Of a DNA stretch of 64,000 bases, positions 8,631 to 18,755 are shown in pieces (the stretch's first letter is position 1; every line of letters starts with the position of its first letter). Position numbers and translations under genes: made by a program. Origin of the DNA: Armatimonadota bacterium (lineage in GTDB: Bacteria; Armatimonadota; Fervidibacteria; Fervidibacterales; Fervidibacteraceae); NCBI GenBank assembly GCA_032160945.1, contig JAVHTL010000003.1; one strand, 5' to 3'. The notes below the pieces were generated by a model. The model worked only from the letters and a program-made list of their open reading frames with translations, did no database searches and was not told the DNA's origin.

Positions 8631-9647
8631 TTACTTCTTCGCAACAGCCTTGACCTCTTGAATAATTTCCTTTGCTTCGTCGCCTTCGTTGATGTTTTCG
8701 TGGGTGCCTTCAACGACATCGCAGACGGAATTAGTGTCATTGACAATCAAAACTCGGATTTTAGCGATGGGAGGTAGCGAAACTAACTCGCCGCCAACTT
8801 TCCTGACTGGATAAATGGCGAACTGATTTCCTTTCTGCACTCCGTCCAAACGACCGACATTGATGACGATGTAAGTCGCAGTAACACCTTCAAACTTTCC
8901 CAAGACTTTGCCTCTAATTGGTTCTCGCTCTGCAAGTTTGAGTTTGAGCAAGTTGCTTAAGTGTCCTATCGCCGCTTTGATGGCATTCATGTCCCGTTGA
9001 CGCTGGTTGTCACGACCGAAAAGAATCCCGCCGAAAGGTGTTCCAGCGATTGCAAAAGTTTCGTCTTTATCAGTGGCGAAACTGACGAGTTGAGCAGTGG
9101 TTGTCAAAGAGGTGTTGTCAATGATTTCCAGAAACACCAACGCACCTGACTCGTTTTTTCTCAGGTAGAAACCGCCGATGTCAATTCGGTTTCTCCAAAG
9201 TTGACCCAGTAACAATCCGAGTTGCTTTGCTGAGCGAACCAAATGGACAGTTGCTTTCAATTCAACATTCTCACGCAAAATCCTCCCTTTGGGAGGCAAC
9301 GAACCTTTGTGGACTTCTTCCGACTCCCTCTCAAACTGTCGCTCCTCTGCTTCTCTTCGGACTTCCTGAGTGCTTGCGACAATGGTGAAACCTGCTTCTG
9401 TTAATGCTGCCTTGAGTAAAGGCTCAACGAAAGCGCGAAGGGATGGTTCAGGATAGTTTTCAACGAAGACGGTTACCTCACGCAACAAAATCCTTGCACC
9501 TTGAGGGATGCCGAGTTTGACAGAGGCATTGGCTTCAACGATCGCCTTTGGCACAGATTGAACTTTTGAATTTTGGGCAACTGAAACCCCAATGAACCAA
9601 ACAACCAGCGATAGCGAAAGAACTAACCATTGACGCATGTCAATCAC
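8631..9647 (-). CDS. Secreted CsgG/FlgT-like protein with FlgT-C-like domain
   Basis: Signal peptide, alpha/beta core, C-terminal YIVINVGRLDGVQKGNQFAIY...IAKIRVLIV. Confidence 0.55.
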   Translation of the reverse strand: MIDMRQWLVLSLSLVVWFIGVSVAQNSKVQSVPKAIVEANASVKLGIPQGARILLREVTVFVENYPEPSLRAFVEPLLKAALTEAGFTIVASTQEVRREAEERQFERESEEVHKGSLPPKGRILRENVELKATVHLVRSAKQLGLLLGQLWRNRIDIGGFYLRKNESGALVFLEIIDNTSLTTTAQLVSFATDKDETFAIAGTPFGGILFGRDNQRQRDMNAIKAAIGHLSNLLKLKLAEREPIRGKVLGKFEGVTATYIVINVGRLDGVQKGNQFAIYPVRKVGGELVSLPPIAKIRVLIVNDTNSVCDVVEGTHENINEGDEAKEIIQEVKAVAKK

Positions 9648-9734
9648 CGGCAGGCTCGGTTGGCTTTCAGCCCAATGCCCACCGCCAATAAGTTTGACAC
9701 TGGCGAATTTAAGATTGATGCACCTGCTTTCAAA

Positions 9735-10757
9735 TCAAACTTTCAAGACTTCAACGGGTTTGCCTTGCTTCTCTGCAGATTCAAGAGCCGATAAAGTTAC
9801 AGCGAGAGTTTTGATGGCGTCAGCGTAATCGCTTCGGATGAGAGACTGATTTCTCGTCTTAACCGCTTCAACAAAAACAACGCTTTCGTAAAAGTGACCG
9901 TTGCGCTGATGGCGAATTTCCTCAGTGCGGGTAGGTTCAATGAACTTGACACTGCTCCAAGAAACCTCAGCGATTAGGTCTGGGGTGATAATGTGGACGC
10001 CAGTCGTGTAACCCATACGCAGCATACATGTGTTTGCGATGCAACCTATTGCCCCGTTTTCAAACCAGACATTGACAACGCCGACATCAGGCACATTGAG
10101 GTCGGGCACATCGTGAAGGACCCTCAAAGCCGTTGCAGCGCTGACGCGAACAATATCGCCAACAAGGTAACGGGCGAGGTCAAAAATGTGTGTTGTTTGT
10201 TCAACAATTTGACCTCCCGACATTTCAAGCCTTCGCCACCAGTAAACTCCGGGAAGCCCGCCCATCCAATAGCCCATGACCATCCCGATGGTTTTGCTGC
10301 TGAGGCGCTCTTTTGCCAGGTCCGTGCCGTCAAAGTAGCGGAAGTTGTAGCCGACGGAATTGATTACGCCTGACTTGCGGATGGCTTCAAGAATTTCCAA
10401 TGCTTTGTCAAGGGTGCGGGCGATCGGCTTCTCAACGAAGATGGCAACGCCAGCCTGAGCGGCGAGGATTTCTTGGTCGGTGTGAGCATGGGGTGGGACG
10501 CAAATGTAAACGGCGTCAAGTTGCTCTTTTTCCAACATCTCCCTGTGGTCGGTGTAAGTCTTGCCTTTGAACTTCTCTGCCGAAGCCTTAGCCCTACCCT
10601 CGTCCACATCGCAGAAAGCGACCAACTCCACGCCCTCAATTCGGCTCAAGTTGCTCATGTGCATGTTTGCAATATTTCCGCAACCGATGAAGCCTATTCG
10701 CACCGAACTCAAATCAACCACCTCCAAAGGTTTTTTGCGAGCAAGAGCGAAATTCAA
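9735..10757 (-). CDS. Gfo/Idh/MocA family oxidoreductase
   Basis: IGFIGCGNIA Rossmann motif, VYICVPPHAH, IFVEKP, GGQIVEQTTHIFD. Confidence 0.93.
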   Translation of the reverse strand: MNFALARKKPLEVVDLSSVRIGFIGCGNIANMHMSNLSRIEGVELVAFCDVDEGRAKASAEKFKGKTYTDHREMLEKEQLDAVYICVPPHAHTDQEILAAQAGVAIFVEKPIARTLDKALEILEAIRKSGVINSVGYNFRYFDGTDLAKERLSSKTIGMVMGYWMGGLPGVYWWRRLEMSGGQIVEQTTHIFDLARYLVGDIVRVSAATALRVLHDVPDLNVPDVGVVNVWFENGAIGCIANTCMLRMGYTTGVHIITPDLIAEVSWSSVKFIEPTRTEEIRHQRNGHFYESVVFVEAVKTRNQSLIRSDYADAIKTLAVTLSALESAEKQGKPVEVLKV

Positions 10758-10810
10758 GCCGCATAATTTTTACATGGCTCATTCAAATTTGCTATCGGAG
10801 GTGATTTCCG

Positions 10811-11068
10811 ATGGCGCGCCGACCGAGACCCGAAGCTGAAGAAGTTGAAGTCGTTGAGGAGGAAGTGAAAGAGGAGCCAAAACGCAGGCCTAAAACTTTG
10901 AAGCGATTTGTGACTGAATTGATCGTCAGGACAATCGGTCGCGACGCCACACAACACCTTATCAACGCAGAAATTGAGGTTTTCAAAGCCTTTAGGGCGA
11001 TGATTGACCATCGCATTCGTTCCGCCGAGCGGGCAATGGAGAAGTTGCAAGAGATTGAGGTGCAGTGA
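10811..11068 (+). CDS. Small helical hypothetical protein
   Basis: 85 aa with GGAGGTGA SD, acidic N-terminus and coiled-coil C-terminus. Confidence 0.65.
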   Translation: MARRPRPEAEEVEVVEEEVKEEPKRRPKTLKRFVTELIVRTIGRDATQHLINAEIEVFKAFRAMIDHRIRSAERAMEKLQEIEVQ

Positions 11069-11135
11069 AATTGAGCCACTTTCACAGGTTTAAAGCGTCA
11101 AAACACTTGGGATTACGAGATGCCTTCCGACGCGA

Positions 11136-12278
11136 ATGGAGGACACGATAATGAACCGATGGCTTGTCTTGGCTACCTTGTTAGCGCTGTTCACTTGCAT
11201 AGCGGCGCCTCAATCATCTCTTCCTCAAGAAGTCACCGAGCAGGAAAGGAAGTTGGGAGAGAAAGCCGTCAAGAAATTTGAGCAAGAGGTCAAGATAGTT
11301 AACGACCACCCAATGCTCCCTCAAATTCGGCAAATTGTAGCGAGGCTTGTGCCCGTCACAGAACGCCCCAAAATGTCATACACCATCAAGGTCGTGGAAG
11401 ACAAAGAACCCAACGCCTTCACTTTTCCCGGCGGTTTCATGTATGTCACAACTGGCTTGCTCAATATGGTGGAAAGCGAACATGAATTGGCGGCGGTCCT
11501 TGCTCACGAGATTGCCCACAACACCCGAATGCACGCAATTCGGATGATAGAGAAGGAAAGTCGTTTGAGTATCCCCGTCTTGCTGGCAATGTTAGTAGCG
11601 GTTTTCGTTCGCGGCAAAGCATCCGATCATGCAGCGCAAATTGTGTCCAAAGTCGTTCAAGTTTTAATGTTGGGTTACTCCCGTGACATGGAGAGGGAGG
11701 CGGACGAGGCTGCGTTCGTTTATTTGCGACGAGCGGGATTTAATCCTGTTGGCTTGTTGACCTTCTTTGAGAAACTTGCTCGCTTAGAAAAGCAATCAAC
11801 CCCGCCTCAATTTCTGCCCGGCTATTGGACAACTCACCCTGCACTTGAGGAGCGCATTAACTCTGTCAAGCAAAGGTTAACGGCGTCAGGATTGCCGATC
11901 AACCTAAGACCTGTCACGAAAGCCCTTCAAGTTGAAGTCAAGGAAATGGAGTTCAAGGGGATGAAAGTTGCGGCTTTGTTTCTTGGCGGTGAGGAATTGT
12001 GCAAGTTTGCAAACCTTGAAAATCAAAATGCAATTGAACGGGCGAAAGAGGCAGCAAAGCGCCTTGATGAGGTTTTGGAAATGGGCGCTCAGGTTTTTGA
12101 CTTCCAAACGAAAGCGACTTTGGATGGTGTTGTGGTCTTTGCCGTTTTGAAACCTTTATGGACGCTAACTGCTGCTGACATTGCAATCAATGAGGCATCC
12201 CCAGAACAATTGGCTTTGAGAATTCGCCAAACCATCAACAAAGCTTTTTTCAGGGAAAGGTTGAGGGGAAGGCTTTGA
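11136..12278 (+). CDS. M48 family zinc metalloprotease with C-terminal extension
   Basis: PNAFTFPGG, LAAVLAHEIAH (HEXXH), YSRDMEREAD, THPALEERI; signal peptide. Confidence 0.92.
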   Translation: MEDTIMNRWLVLATLLALFTCIAAPQSSLPQEVTEQERKLGEKAVKKFEQEVKIVNDHPMLPQIRQIVARLVPVTERPKMSYTIKVVEDKEPNAFTFPGGFMYVTTGLLNMVESEHELAAVLAHEIAHNTRMHAIRMIEKESRLSIPVLLAMLVAVFVRGKASDHAAQIVSKVVQVLMLGYSRDMEREADEAAFVYLRRAGFNPVGLLTFFEKLARLEKQSTPPQFLPGYWTTHPALEERINSVKQRLTASGLPINLRPVTKALQVEVKEMEFKGMKVAALFLGGEELCKFANLENQNAIERAKEAAKRLDEVLEMGAQVFDFQTKATLDGVVVFAVLKPLWTLTAADIAINEASPEQLALRIRQTINKAFFRERLRGRL

Positions 12279-12296
12279 AAAGGAGGCTGAAACCAA

Positions 12297-12959
12297 ATGC
12301 GATGGTTGCGTGAAGTTTTTGAGTTTCTGTTTTGGCTGGCACTTTGTTTCCTCATCGGTTGGCTTGCCTATCCCCATTTGCCCGAAAAAGTCCCTACCCA
12401 TTTTAACGCTCAATGGCAGCCAGGTGATTGGATGAGCCGAGAAACAGCGGTTTGGTTCATGCCGTTAATGTTGGCGATTTTGTGGATAGTTCTGACCTTC
12501 TGCCTTTGGTTGGCTTCAACAGAAAAAGGGCAATTGCGCTTAGAGTCATCAGACTTGAAGTTAATTCTTTGGGTTCGGACTCTAATGGCTGCCTTCATGC
12601 TGGCAATATATGGGTCAATTTTAGCAGTGGCTTTGGGTTGGCTCACATCGCCAAGACCTGTCATGTTCCCTGCCATAGGTGTTTTGTTTATTGCTATTGG
12701 CATCATACTGCCCAAATTGAAGCGAAATTGGGTCGCAGGAGTTCGCCTCCCTTGGACGCTTGTAAACGAGGAGGCGTGGAGGTCAGTGAATAAGTTTGCT
12801 GGCTACGGATTTTTGATTCTCGGATTTTTGTTCCTGCTTTCCCCTCTTCTGCCACCTCAAACTGACCTTGCCCTCCTCGGGCTAACTTTTGCCCTAACCC
12901 TTGCTATCATCGTTTTCGCTTATGTAGTCTATCGTCAAGCAAGCAGTGTTGCTTCTTAA
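12297..12959 (+). CDS. SdpI/YfhL family immunity-like membrane protein (DUF1648 N-terminus)
   Basis: YPHLPEKVPTHFN..WQP and KLKRNWVAGVRLPWTLVNEEAWRSVNKFAG. Confidence 0.88.
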   Translation: MRWLREVFEFLFWLALCFLIGWLAYPHLPEKVPTHFNAQWQPGDWMSRETAVWFMPLMLAILWIVLTFCLWLASTEKGQLRLESSDLKLILWVRTLMAAFMLAIYGSILAVALGWLTSPRPVMFPAIGVLFIAIGIILPKLKRNWVAGVRLPWTLVNEEAWRSVNKFAGYGFLILGFLFLLSPLLPPQTDLALLGLTFALTLAIIVFAYVVYRQASSVAS

Positions 12960-13068
12960 AAGCACCTCCATCCCCCGACCACGATGTGCCATAATCAATG
13001 GTAATGATGAAAAAATCTGCTCCGAATGTGGCTAAGTTAGCACTTAAGGTTTGAAGGTGTGATGAGTT

Positions 13069-13311
13069 ATGGATGATGCAGTTAGAGTAAGGCTTCAACA
13101 AATTAGGCTTAGGAAGTTAGACTGTCAGCGCCATATTCGCATCTTGACACAGAAACTGGCAAGTAACCCTCATGACTTATGGACTCGGAAGGAATTGGAA
13201 CGATTGGAAGATTTGCTCTCCAAACTTGAAGAGCAAGAGAGGCAACTTGCCGGCAAAAAAGGAGGTGAGGAAGATGAAAAATCCGAAAGCGAAAATTCTG
13301 GTAGCCGATGA
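13069..13311 (+). CDS. Small coiled-coil hypothetical protein
   Basis: 80 aa, helical, overlapping the start of the downstream receiver gene. Confidence 0.5.
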   Translation: MDDAVRVRLQQIRLRKLDCQRHIRILTQKLASNPHDLWTRKELERLEDLLSKLEEQERQLAGKKGGEEDEKSESENSGSR

Positions 13312-13666
13312 CGACCCAGCAATTCAAGAACTTGTCAGAATCAACTTGGAAGTTCAAGGCTATCAAGTTATCACTACTGGCAATGGTTTGGAGGCTATCA
13401 AGAAGGCTCTTTCTGAGACTCCCGACCTTATCATTCTTGACATCATGATGCCTGAAATTGACGGATACGAAGTTATGAAATTGCTCAAAGGCTCAGAGGA
13501 GACCAGAAAAATCCCCATCATCATCTTAACCGCTTATGCCTCCGATGAAGGTGCTCTCTTCTCATGGGCGGAAGGAGCAGAAGGTTATTTAGCAAAACCT
13601 TTTAACCCTGAAGAGTTGGTAATGCTCGTTGAACGGGTGCTGGCTTTTCCTGAAGACTTTTCTTGA
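13274..13666 (+). CDS. Single-domain response regulator (receiver)
   Basis: KILVADDD, PDLIILDIMMPEIDG, PIIILTA, GYLAKPF. Start reassigned to ATG 13274 after GGAGGTGA. Confidence 0.93.
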   Translation: MKNPKAKILVADDDPAIQELVRINLEVQGYQVITTGNGLEAIKKALSETPDLIILDIMMPEIDGYEVMKLLKGSEETRKIPIIILTAYASDEGALFSWAEGAEGYLAKPFNPEELVMLVERVLAFPEDFS

Positions 13667-13680
13667 GAGGTGAAGTGTAG

Positions 13681-14298
13681 ATGGTGCTTTGGGAGCACGC
13701 TTTTGAGCGTTATTTGGCTTTGGCGAGTTTGGTAGTTATCGCAGTTAGTTTTGCTATTTTGGCTGGCAAGCGATTAACCGAACCTGCTGCCTTGATTCTT
13801 GAAACTCCACCGGAAAAGCAGGTGAATGAACAACTAAGTTTGAAAGTTCATGTCAAAGGAGCAGTTCAAAAGCCCGCAGTTTATAACCTGCCTTTTGGCA
13901 GTCGCGTCGTTGATGCAGTCAAACTTGCTCAACCCCGTAAGGATGCCGATCTGAATGCTCTAAACCTCGCTGATTTTCTGGAAGACGGTCAAGAAGTCAT
14001 TGTGCCAAGCAAAAATCTGGTGACAAATTCTCCTTCTCTCCCTTTGCCCTTGTCTATCTCCTTTCAACATTCGCCCAAGGCAAAATCAAAGGCTGAATTG
14101 CCTAAATTGAACATTAACTTGAACACAGCCACCGAGGCTGAACTAATGCAATTGCCGGGCATAGGTCAATCGTTAGCGAGGCGCATAATTGAGTATCGCC
14201 GAAAAATTGGCGGATTTAAGAGCATTGAGCAATTGTTGGAGGTCAAAGGGATCGGCGACAAGAAACTTGAAAGAATTCGTCCTTATGTTCGTCTGTAA
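13681..14298 (+). CDS. comEA: Competence protein ComEA (SLBB + HhH)
   Basis: VHVKGAVQKPAVYNLPFGSRVVDAV (SLBB); ININLNTATEAELMQLPGIG..LARRII.YR..GGFKSIEQLLEVKGIG (HhH). Confidence 0.93.
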   Translation: MVLWEHAFERYLALASLVVIAVSFAILAGKRLTEPAALILETPPEKQVNEQLSLKVHVKGAVQKPAVYNLPFGSRVVDAVKLAQPRKDADLNALNLADFLEDGQEVIVPSKNLVTNSPSLPLPLSISFQHSPKAKSKAELPKLNINLNTATEAELMQLPGIGQSLARRIIEYRRKIGGFKSIEQLLEVKGIGDKKLERIRPYVRL

Positions 14299-14339
14299 CT
14301 GATGCAAATTCGTCGCGTCAATCCTTGTCGGAGGTGATT

Positions 14340-15425
14340 GTGTTGAGAGCAGTAGTTGTCGGTATCGGAGCAGTAGGTCGTGAGATGGTTCGCTGTTTGT
14401 GGCAATCGGCATTGCCACTCAGCGATGAACCTTTAGTTCTGGCTCGCACCGCTCGCGAAGTCACTATTGACGGAAAAACGATTCAAGTTCAAGAGGCTAA
14501 CCCCGATGCCTTTAAAGGCGCTGACATAGTGTTTTTCGCCGGAACTGAAGGCGAGAAAGGTGCTGCAAAACAGTTTGCTCGCCCAGCGATTGAGCAAGGT
14601 GCAATCGTCATTGACAACGGTTCGGATTTTCGGATGGTTGATGGAGTTCCTCTCGTCGTTCCAGAAGTCAATTCCGAAGATTTGGAAGTGCTGCGAGGTA
14701 ACGGGACAGTTAATTTGCCTGGCGTTGGTGAAGTCCCGCAGCGTTATGTCGCAAATCCAAACTGTTCAACAATTCAGATGGTCGTTGCCCTCAAGCCTCT
14801 TCATGATTTGGCGAGAGTGAAAAGGGTTATTGCGAGCACATATCAGGCTGTCTCTGGTGCGGGAAGCGCAGCGATTGAGGAACTTGAAATTCAGGCTCAC
14901 AAAATTCTGCACGGTCAAAACCCAGAGGAGTTAAAAGTCCATCCCCTCCAAATTGCCTTCAATGTCCTCGCAGGCGCAAATTGGAGGTTTGAAGATGCAG
15001 GATATACCAACGAAGAATGGAAGATGGTTCGTGAGACAAGAAAGATTCTGCACGAACCCGATTTGCCCATCACTGTAACTTGCGTCCGCGTCCCAGTTTT
15101 CAACGCTCACGCTGAGGCAATTTATGTTGAGTTGGAGAAGCCATTGACAGCAAACGAGGCTCGTGAAATTTTGAGGAACTCAAAAGGCATAATTGTCATG
15201 GACGAACCAACTAAGTTGCCAGATGGGAGCAACTACCGAACTTACCCGACACCGTTGGATGCCTCTGGTCGCGACCAGATTTTTGTCGGGCGAATCAGAA
15301 ATGACCCCTTCAACCCAAATGGGCTTTGGCTTTGGGTCGTCTCTGACAACTTGCGCAAGGGGGCAGCCCTTAACGCAGTCCAAATCGCCGAGGAACTTGT
15401 TAGGCGCAAAATCGTTAAGGCTTGA
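14340..15425 (+). CDS. asd: Aspartate-semialdehyde dehydrogenase
   Basis: VVGIGAVGREM, VIDNGSDFRM..VPLVVPEVN, ANPNCST, STYQAVSGAG, CVRVPVFNAH, DNLRKGAALNAVQIAE. Start placed at GTG 14340 after GGAGGTGA. Confidence 0.96.
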   Translation: MLRAVVVGIGAVGREMVRCLWQSALPLSDEPLVLARTAREVTIDGKTIQVQEANPDAFKGADIVFFAGTEGEKGAAKQFARPAIEQGAIVIDNGSDFRMVDGVPLVVPEVNSEDLEVLRGNGTVNLPGVGEVPQRYVANPNCSTIQMVVALKPLHDLARVKRVIASTYQAVSGAGSAAIEELEIQAHKILHGQNPEELKVHPLQIAFNVLAGANWRFEDAGYTNEEWKMVRETRKILHEPDLPITVTCVRVPVFNAHAEAIYVELEKPLTANEAREILRNSKGIIVMDEPTKLPDGSNYRTYPTPLDASGRDQIFVGRIRNDPFNPNGLWLWVVSDNLRKGAALNAVQIAEELVRRKIVKA

Positions 15426-15546
15426 ACAAACTTGTTGCAAAACCTAAGGTTGAAAGTAAGGAAAGTGCATCTTAGACTTTCCGTCGTCCCCACCTTGTGG
15501 CATAGTCAAACATGGCGTTTGGGTTTTCTCGGATTAAGGAGGTGGT

Positions 15547-17520
15547 TTGTCAATGTGGCGATGCGTTCAGTTAATGGTGACTTTGTTCGTAGTTTTGTCA
15601 TCGTTGTCCCTTTCTGTTGCTCAAAAGGACATTCTCAGAGGCATTGTTCGTGCTTTGAAAGAGCCTCACCCCGCAGCAAAATTTCTGGCTCAAACTCCTA
15701 TGTTTGTCGTGACCAACGATGAAACGCTCTTCAACTTGTTCCGAACTCACTTGCCACCAGTTCATGCAGCCGAGTTTGTGCCTTTGAAAGATTTGCCTTC
15801 ACGCATTGACGAGTTGGTAGTCACTGAGCGGAGTGTGGTAGTTATCATTGACCGTTCACGAGGTGACTTGGCGATTGAGCATCGGGGCATAGTCCCCTAC
15901 GACTTGACGCTCATCCGTCGCCAAGATGTCATTATCGCCTGCGATGTCCTGCGTGATTCAAAAGTTACTCGCTACCGAGTCTTCATATCAGCACCTTCCC
16001 ACGCTGGCTTGAAAAGCGCTGTTGAGCGATTTTGTAAGCGGTTGGTTCGTGAGCCACAAGACATGAAAGTGCAGGAAGCAACTCCAGTTCCAATTTGCGT
16101 CGTCATCACCAATGCTGGTCAGGAAGTTGTTAATGCTTTCGCCGAGCGGACGAATGTCAATTTCGTTTGGGCTACGCCTGAGACAATTTCTCGCGTTCAG
16201 GATTTGCTTACGACCGAAACAGAGATTTACCTTTTGCTTCCGCCAGTTCCTTCGGCAATTCAGGAGCGTTTGCCTTTCAACTTGAAACTTCTCGCCCCTA
16301 ACCAAAGCATGGCAGTTCGTAAAAACAAAGGGGGAGATTATTGGCAAGTCCTGCTATATGCTCCATTCCCTCAGGCACTTCAAGGAATTATTCGCCGTTA
16401 CTCAGACATTTCAAATGTGCCTCAAGAACCCATCATCACCACCCACCCTGTCATTGGTTCCGTCAAGCGATTGCTTCTTGTCCCGTTCGGTGACATCCCT
16501 TACTTTCGCGATCGGATAGGGAATTTCCCTGCCCAAGTTTTTAACGCCGTTCAAAACGAGAGGTTCGCTAATGAGACTGTCATGCCCACTAAGCCACCAG
16601 AACCTTTACATGACTGGTCACCTTTCCAAGACGGAACAGTTGAGGGAAAGTATCTCGTTGAATTGGCGAAAGCCAACGGTGCGGACTTAATTTTGACTGG
16701 CAGGTTATCAGATTTTGACACCAACACGGTTAGGACACAAAAGTTATCAAGCAAACCCAGTCCGGCAGCGGACATGAGGATTTGGGAAATTACGACCGTC
16801 CGAGTTGAAACCGCAACTGCCCGCTTGAAGGTTTGGCTTTACGAAGGTCAAACGGGTGAAGCAATTTGGTCAAAAACGGTTACGGGAACAGCGACGAAAG
16901 AATCCGTTGAGAGTGTCCGAAGAGTTGAAGGAGCAAAACCGCCATCTCTTCAACCTGACCGAGTTTCCATGTTCATCTCCGATGAGCGGATCTACACCTC
17001 AGCAGCGATTGCAGCCATCAAGGAACTCTTGATGGCTATGAGGGAGGAAATTCATTGGCTCACACAACCAACTCCTTCGGTCATCGTCAAAGTTGCCCCG
17101 ACATTTATTGAGGGGCTAATCGGTGGAATGGAAATTGACAAGGAAACAACTTTCGTTTACATTGATGTCGGGCAAAATCAAGGCATTAAAGTCGGTGATG
17201 TTTTCCGAATTTACCGAGAGGTTTCCGTTAAGACCGAACGAAAAACAGTAAGGCTTGAAGAAGATTTGGGCGAAGCCATCGTCGTCTCTGTTTACTCTGA
17301 AGCATGTAAGGCTCGTGTAACCATTGGCGCAGACGCAGTTGCCCGATGGAAAGATGCGTCGCTGAGAGCAAGGTTGATAAAGACTTCTGAAAAGCCACAA
17401 ACCGAACAACCGAAGGAACCCAAGCCCGAAGAGGAAACTGAGCAAAAGCAAGTTCCACCCACCTTGCCCGCTCCAGGCGAAAAGAAGTCCTATCTCTTTT
17501 TTGAGTGGTTGGTAGCGTAA
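15547..17520 (+). CDS. Large secreted protein with CsgG-like and FlgT-C-like C-terminal domains
   Basis: Signal peptide; ELAKANGADLILTGRL...TARLKVWLYEGQTGEAIWSKTV (CsgG/LpoB-like); VYIDVGQNQGIKVGDVFRIY. Confidence 0.55.
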   Translation: MSMWRCVQLMVTLFVVLSSLSLSVAQKDILRGIVRALKEPHPAAKFLAQTPMFVVTNDETLFNLFRTHLPPVHAAEFVPLKDLPSRIDELVVTERSVVVIIDRSRGDLAIEHRGIVPYDLTLIRRQDVIIACDVLRDSKVTRYRVFISAPSHAGLKSAVERFCKRLVREPQDMKVQEATPVPICVVITNAGQEVVNAFAERTNVNFVWATPETISRVQDLLTTETEIYLLLPPVPSAIQERLPFNLKLLAPNQSMAVRKNKGGDYWQVLLYAPFPQALQGIIRRYSDISNVPQEPIITTHPVIGSVKRLLLVPFGDIPYFRDRIGNFPAQVFNAVQNERFANETVMPTKPPEPLHDWSPFQDGTVEGKYLVELAKANGADLILTGRLSDFDTNTVRTQKLSSKPSPAADMRIWEITTVRVETATARLKVWLYEGQTGEAIWSKTVTGTATKESVESVRRVEGAKPPSLQPDRVSMFISDERIYTSAAIAAIKELLMAMREEIHWLTQPTPSVIVKVAPTFIEGLIGGMEIDKETTFVYIDVGQNQGIKVGDVFRIYREVSVKTERKTVRLEEDLGEAIVVSVYSEACKARVTIGADAVARWKDASLRARLIKTSEKPQTEQPKEPKPEEETEQKQVPPTLPAPGEKKSYLFFEWLVA

Positions 17521-17582
17521 CTTGTGAAGAAGTTCCTCCAAACCGCTCTCATGTGGCGCTACAATTTTCTCGGTGGTTTTTG

Positions 17583-18755
17583 ATGGACATCCAACTTACT
17601 CCGAAATCACGGTTACCTGAAACTTTACCGATAAGTAAGGTTTGGCAACAAATTTACTGGGTAGTTCCTTTCACTTCGCGAATGGACAGATACTTTTTGC
17701 GAGAGATGGTTGCGCCTTTTTTGATGGGCGTTATGTTTTTCATTGTGGTGTTGACAGGGCATTACTTTTACTGGGCAATCAAATCCATCGTCGGACAAAA
17801 AGCGCCTGCAAAAGATTTGCTTTTGATGGTGGTTTACTTGATGCCTCAAGCAGCAGCACTTGCAGTTCCCATCGGGATGATTTTGTGCACCTGCATTGTC
17901 CTCAACCGATTGGGACGAGAGATGGAGTTAATGGCGCTGCGTGCCAGCAGCGTCAGTGTCCAAAGGATTATGATGCCTTTTGTTGTCGTCGCCATCTTCG
18001 TCACTATTGGCGATTTCTTCCTCAATGACCGCATAGTTCCAGAAAGCAACCGCCGTGCTAACCAAATCCTTTATCGCCTCGCTTACATCAACCCGACGCC
18101 TTTGATTGAAAGCGACAAGTTTTTCAAAGTGAGTGATGACCTTTGGTTCTATGTTAGGCTCGTCAATTACCAGACCAACCGATTTGAAGGCGTCTTAGTT
18201 TACCAGCGCGACCCTCAACAATGGCAGTTTCCAAGGGCAATTGTTGCTCAATGGGCTCAAAAGGAACCGACCAAGAACCAATGGGTGCTACACGATGGGA
18301 TAATCCACAAGTTCAACCCCGAAGGAGACCTCATCGCCCAAATCCCCTTCCGACAGCAAATCATCAACTTGCCTGAAGATTTGCCATTGCTCATCAACGA
18401 CAACCGACGCCCTTACGAATTGTCAACGAGGGAATTGCGACAGCGAATTGAAACTCTGGAGGAAACAGGTCAAACTTCTTACGAGTTGCAAATTGCTTAC
18501 CACTTCAAATTCTCTGTGCCAGCAGCGACTTTAGTGATGACGCTATGGGCAGCACCTTTGAGCATACGGTTTTCTCGTGCAGGAAGTTTCGCTGGTTTGT
18601 TCATTGCGATTTTGGGTGTTTTCCTTTATCAAGGCGCAATGGGTTGGGCTGAAGCCATTGGGCAGAGATACTTTTTGCCACCTTTTTGGGTCGCTTGGTC
18701 ACAAAACTTCATCTTCGGGGTGATGGGCTTGTGGCTTCTTTGGAGAGAAAGGTGA
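17583..18755 (+). CDS. LptF/LptG family LPS export permease
   Basis: MDRYFLREMVAPF, RLGREMELMALRASSVS..RIM.P, EIAYHFKFS-type C-terminal motif (QIAYHFKFSVP); about 6 TM helices. Confidence 0.92.
   Translation: MDIQLTPKSRLPETLPISKVWQQIYWVVPFTSRMDRYFLREMVAPFLMGVMFFIVVLTGHYFYWAIKSIVGQKAPAKDLLLMVVYLMPQAAALAVPIGMILCTCIVLNRLGREMELMALRASSVSVQRIMMPFVVVAIFVTIGDFFLNDRIVPESNRRANQILYRLAYINPTPLIESDKFFKVSDDLWFYVRLVNYQTNRFEGVLVYQRDPQQWQFPRAIVAQWAQKEPTKNQWVLHDGIIHKFNPEGDLIAQIPFRQQIINLPEDLPLLINDNRRPYELSTRELRQRIETLEETGQTSYELQIAYHFKFSVPAATLVMTLWAAPLSIRFSRAGSFAGLFIAILGVFLYQGAMGWAEAIGQRYFLPPFWVAWSQNFIFGVMGLWLLWRER

Noticed and set aside
17505-18755. Long coding overlaps around lptF/G and lptD suggested by the ORF track
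   Set aside because: Later starts (ATG 17583, GTG 18752) remove them and give normal coupling.
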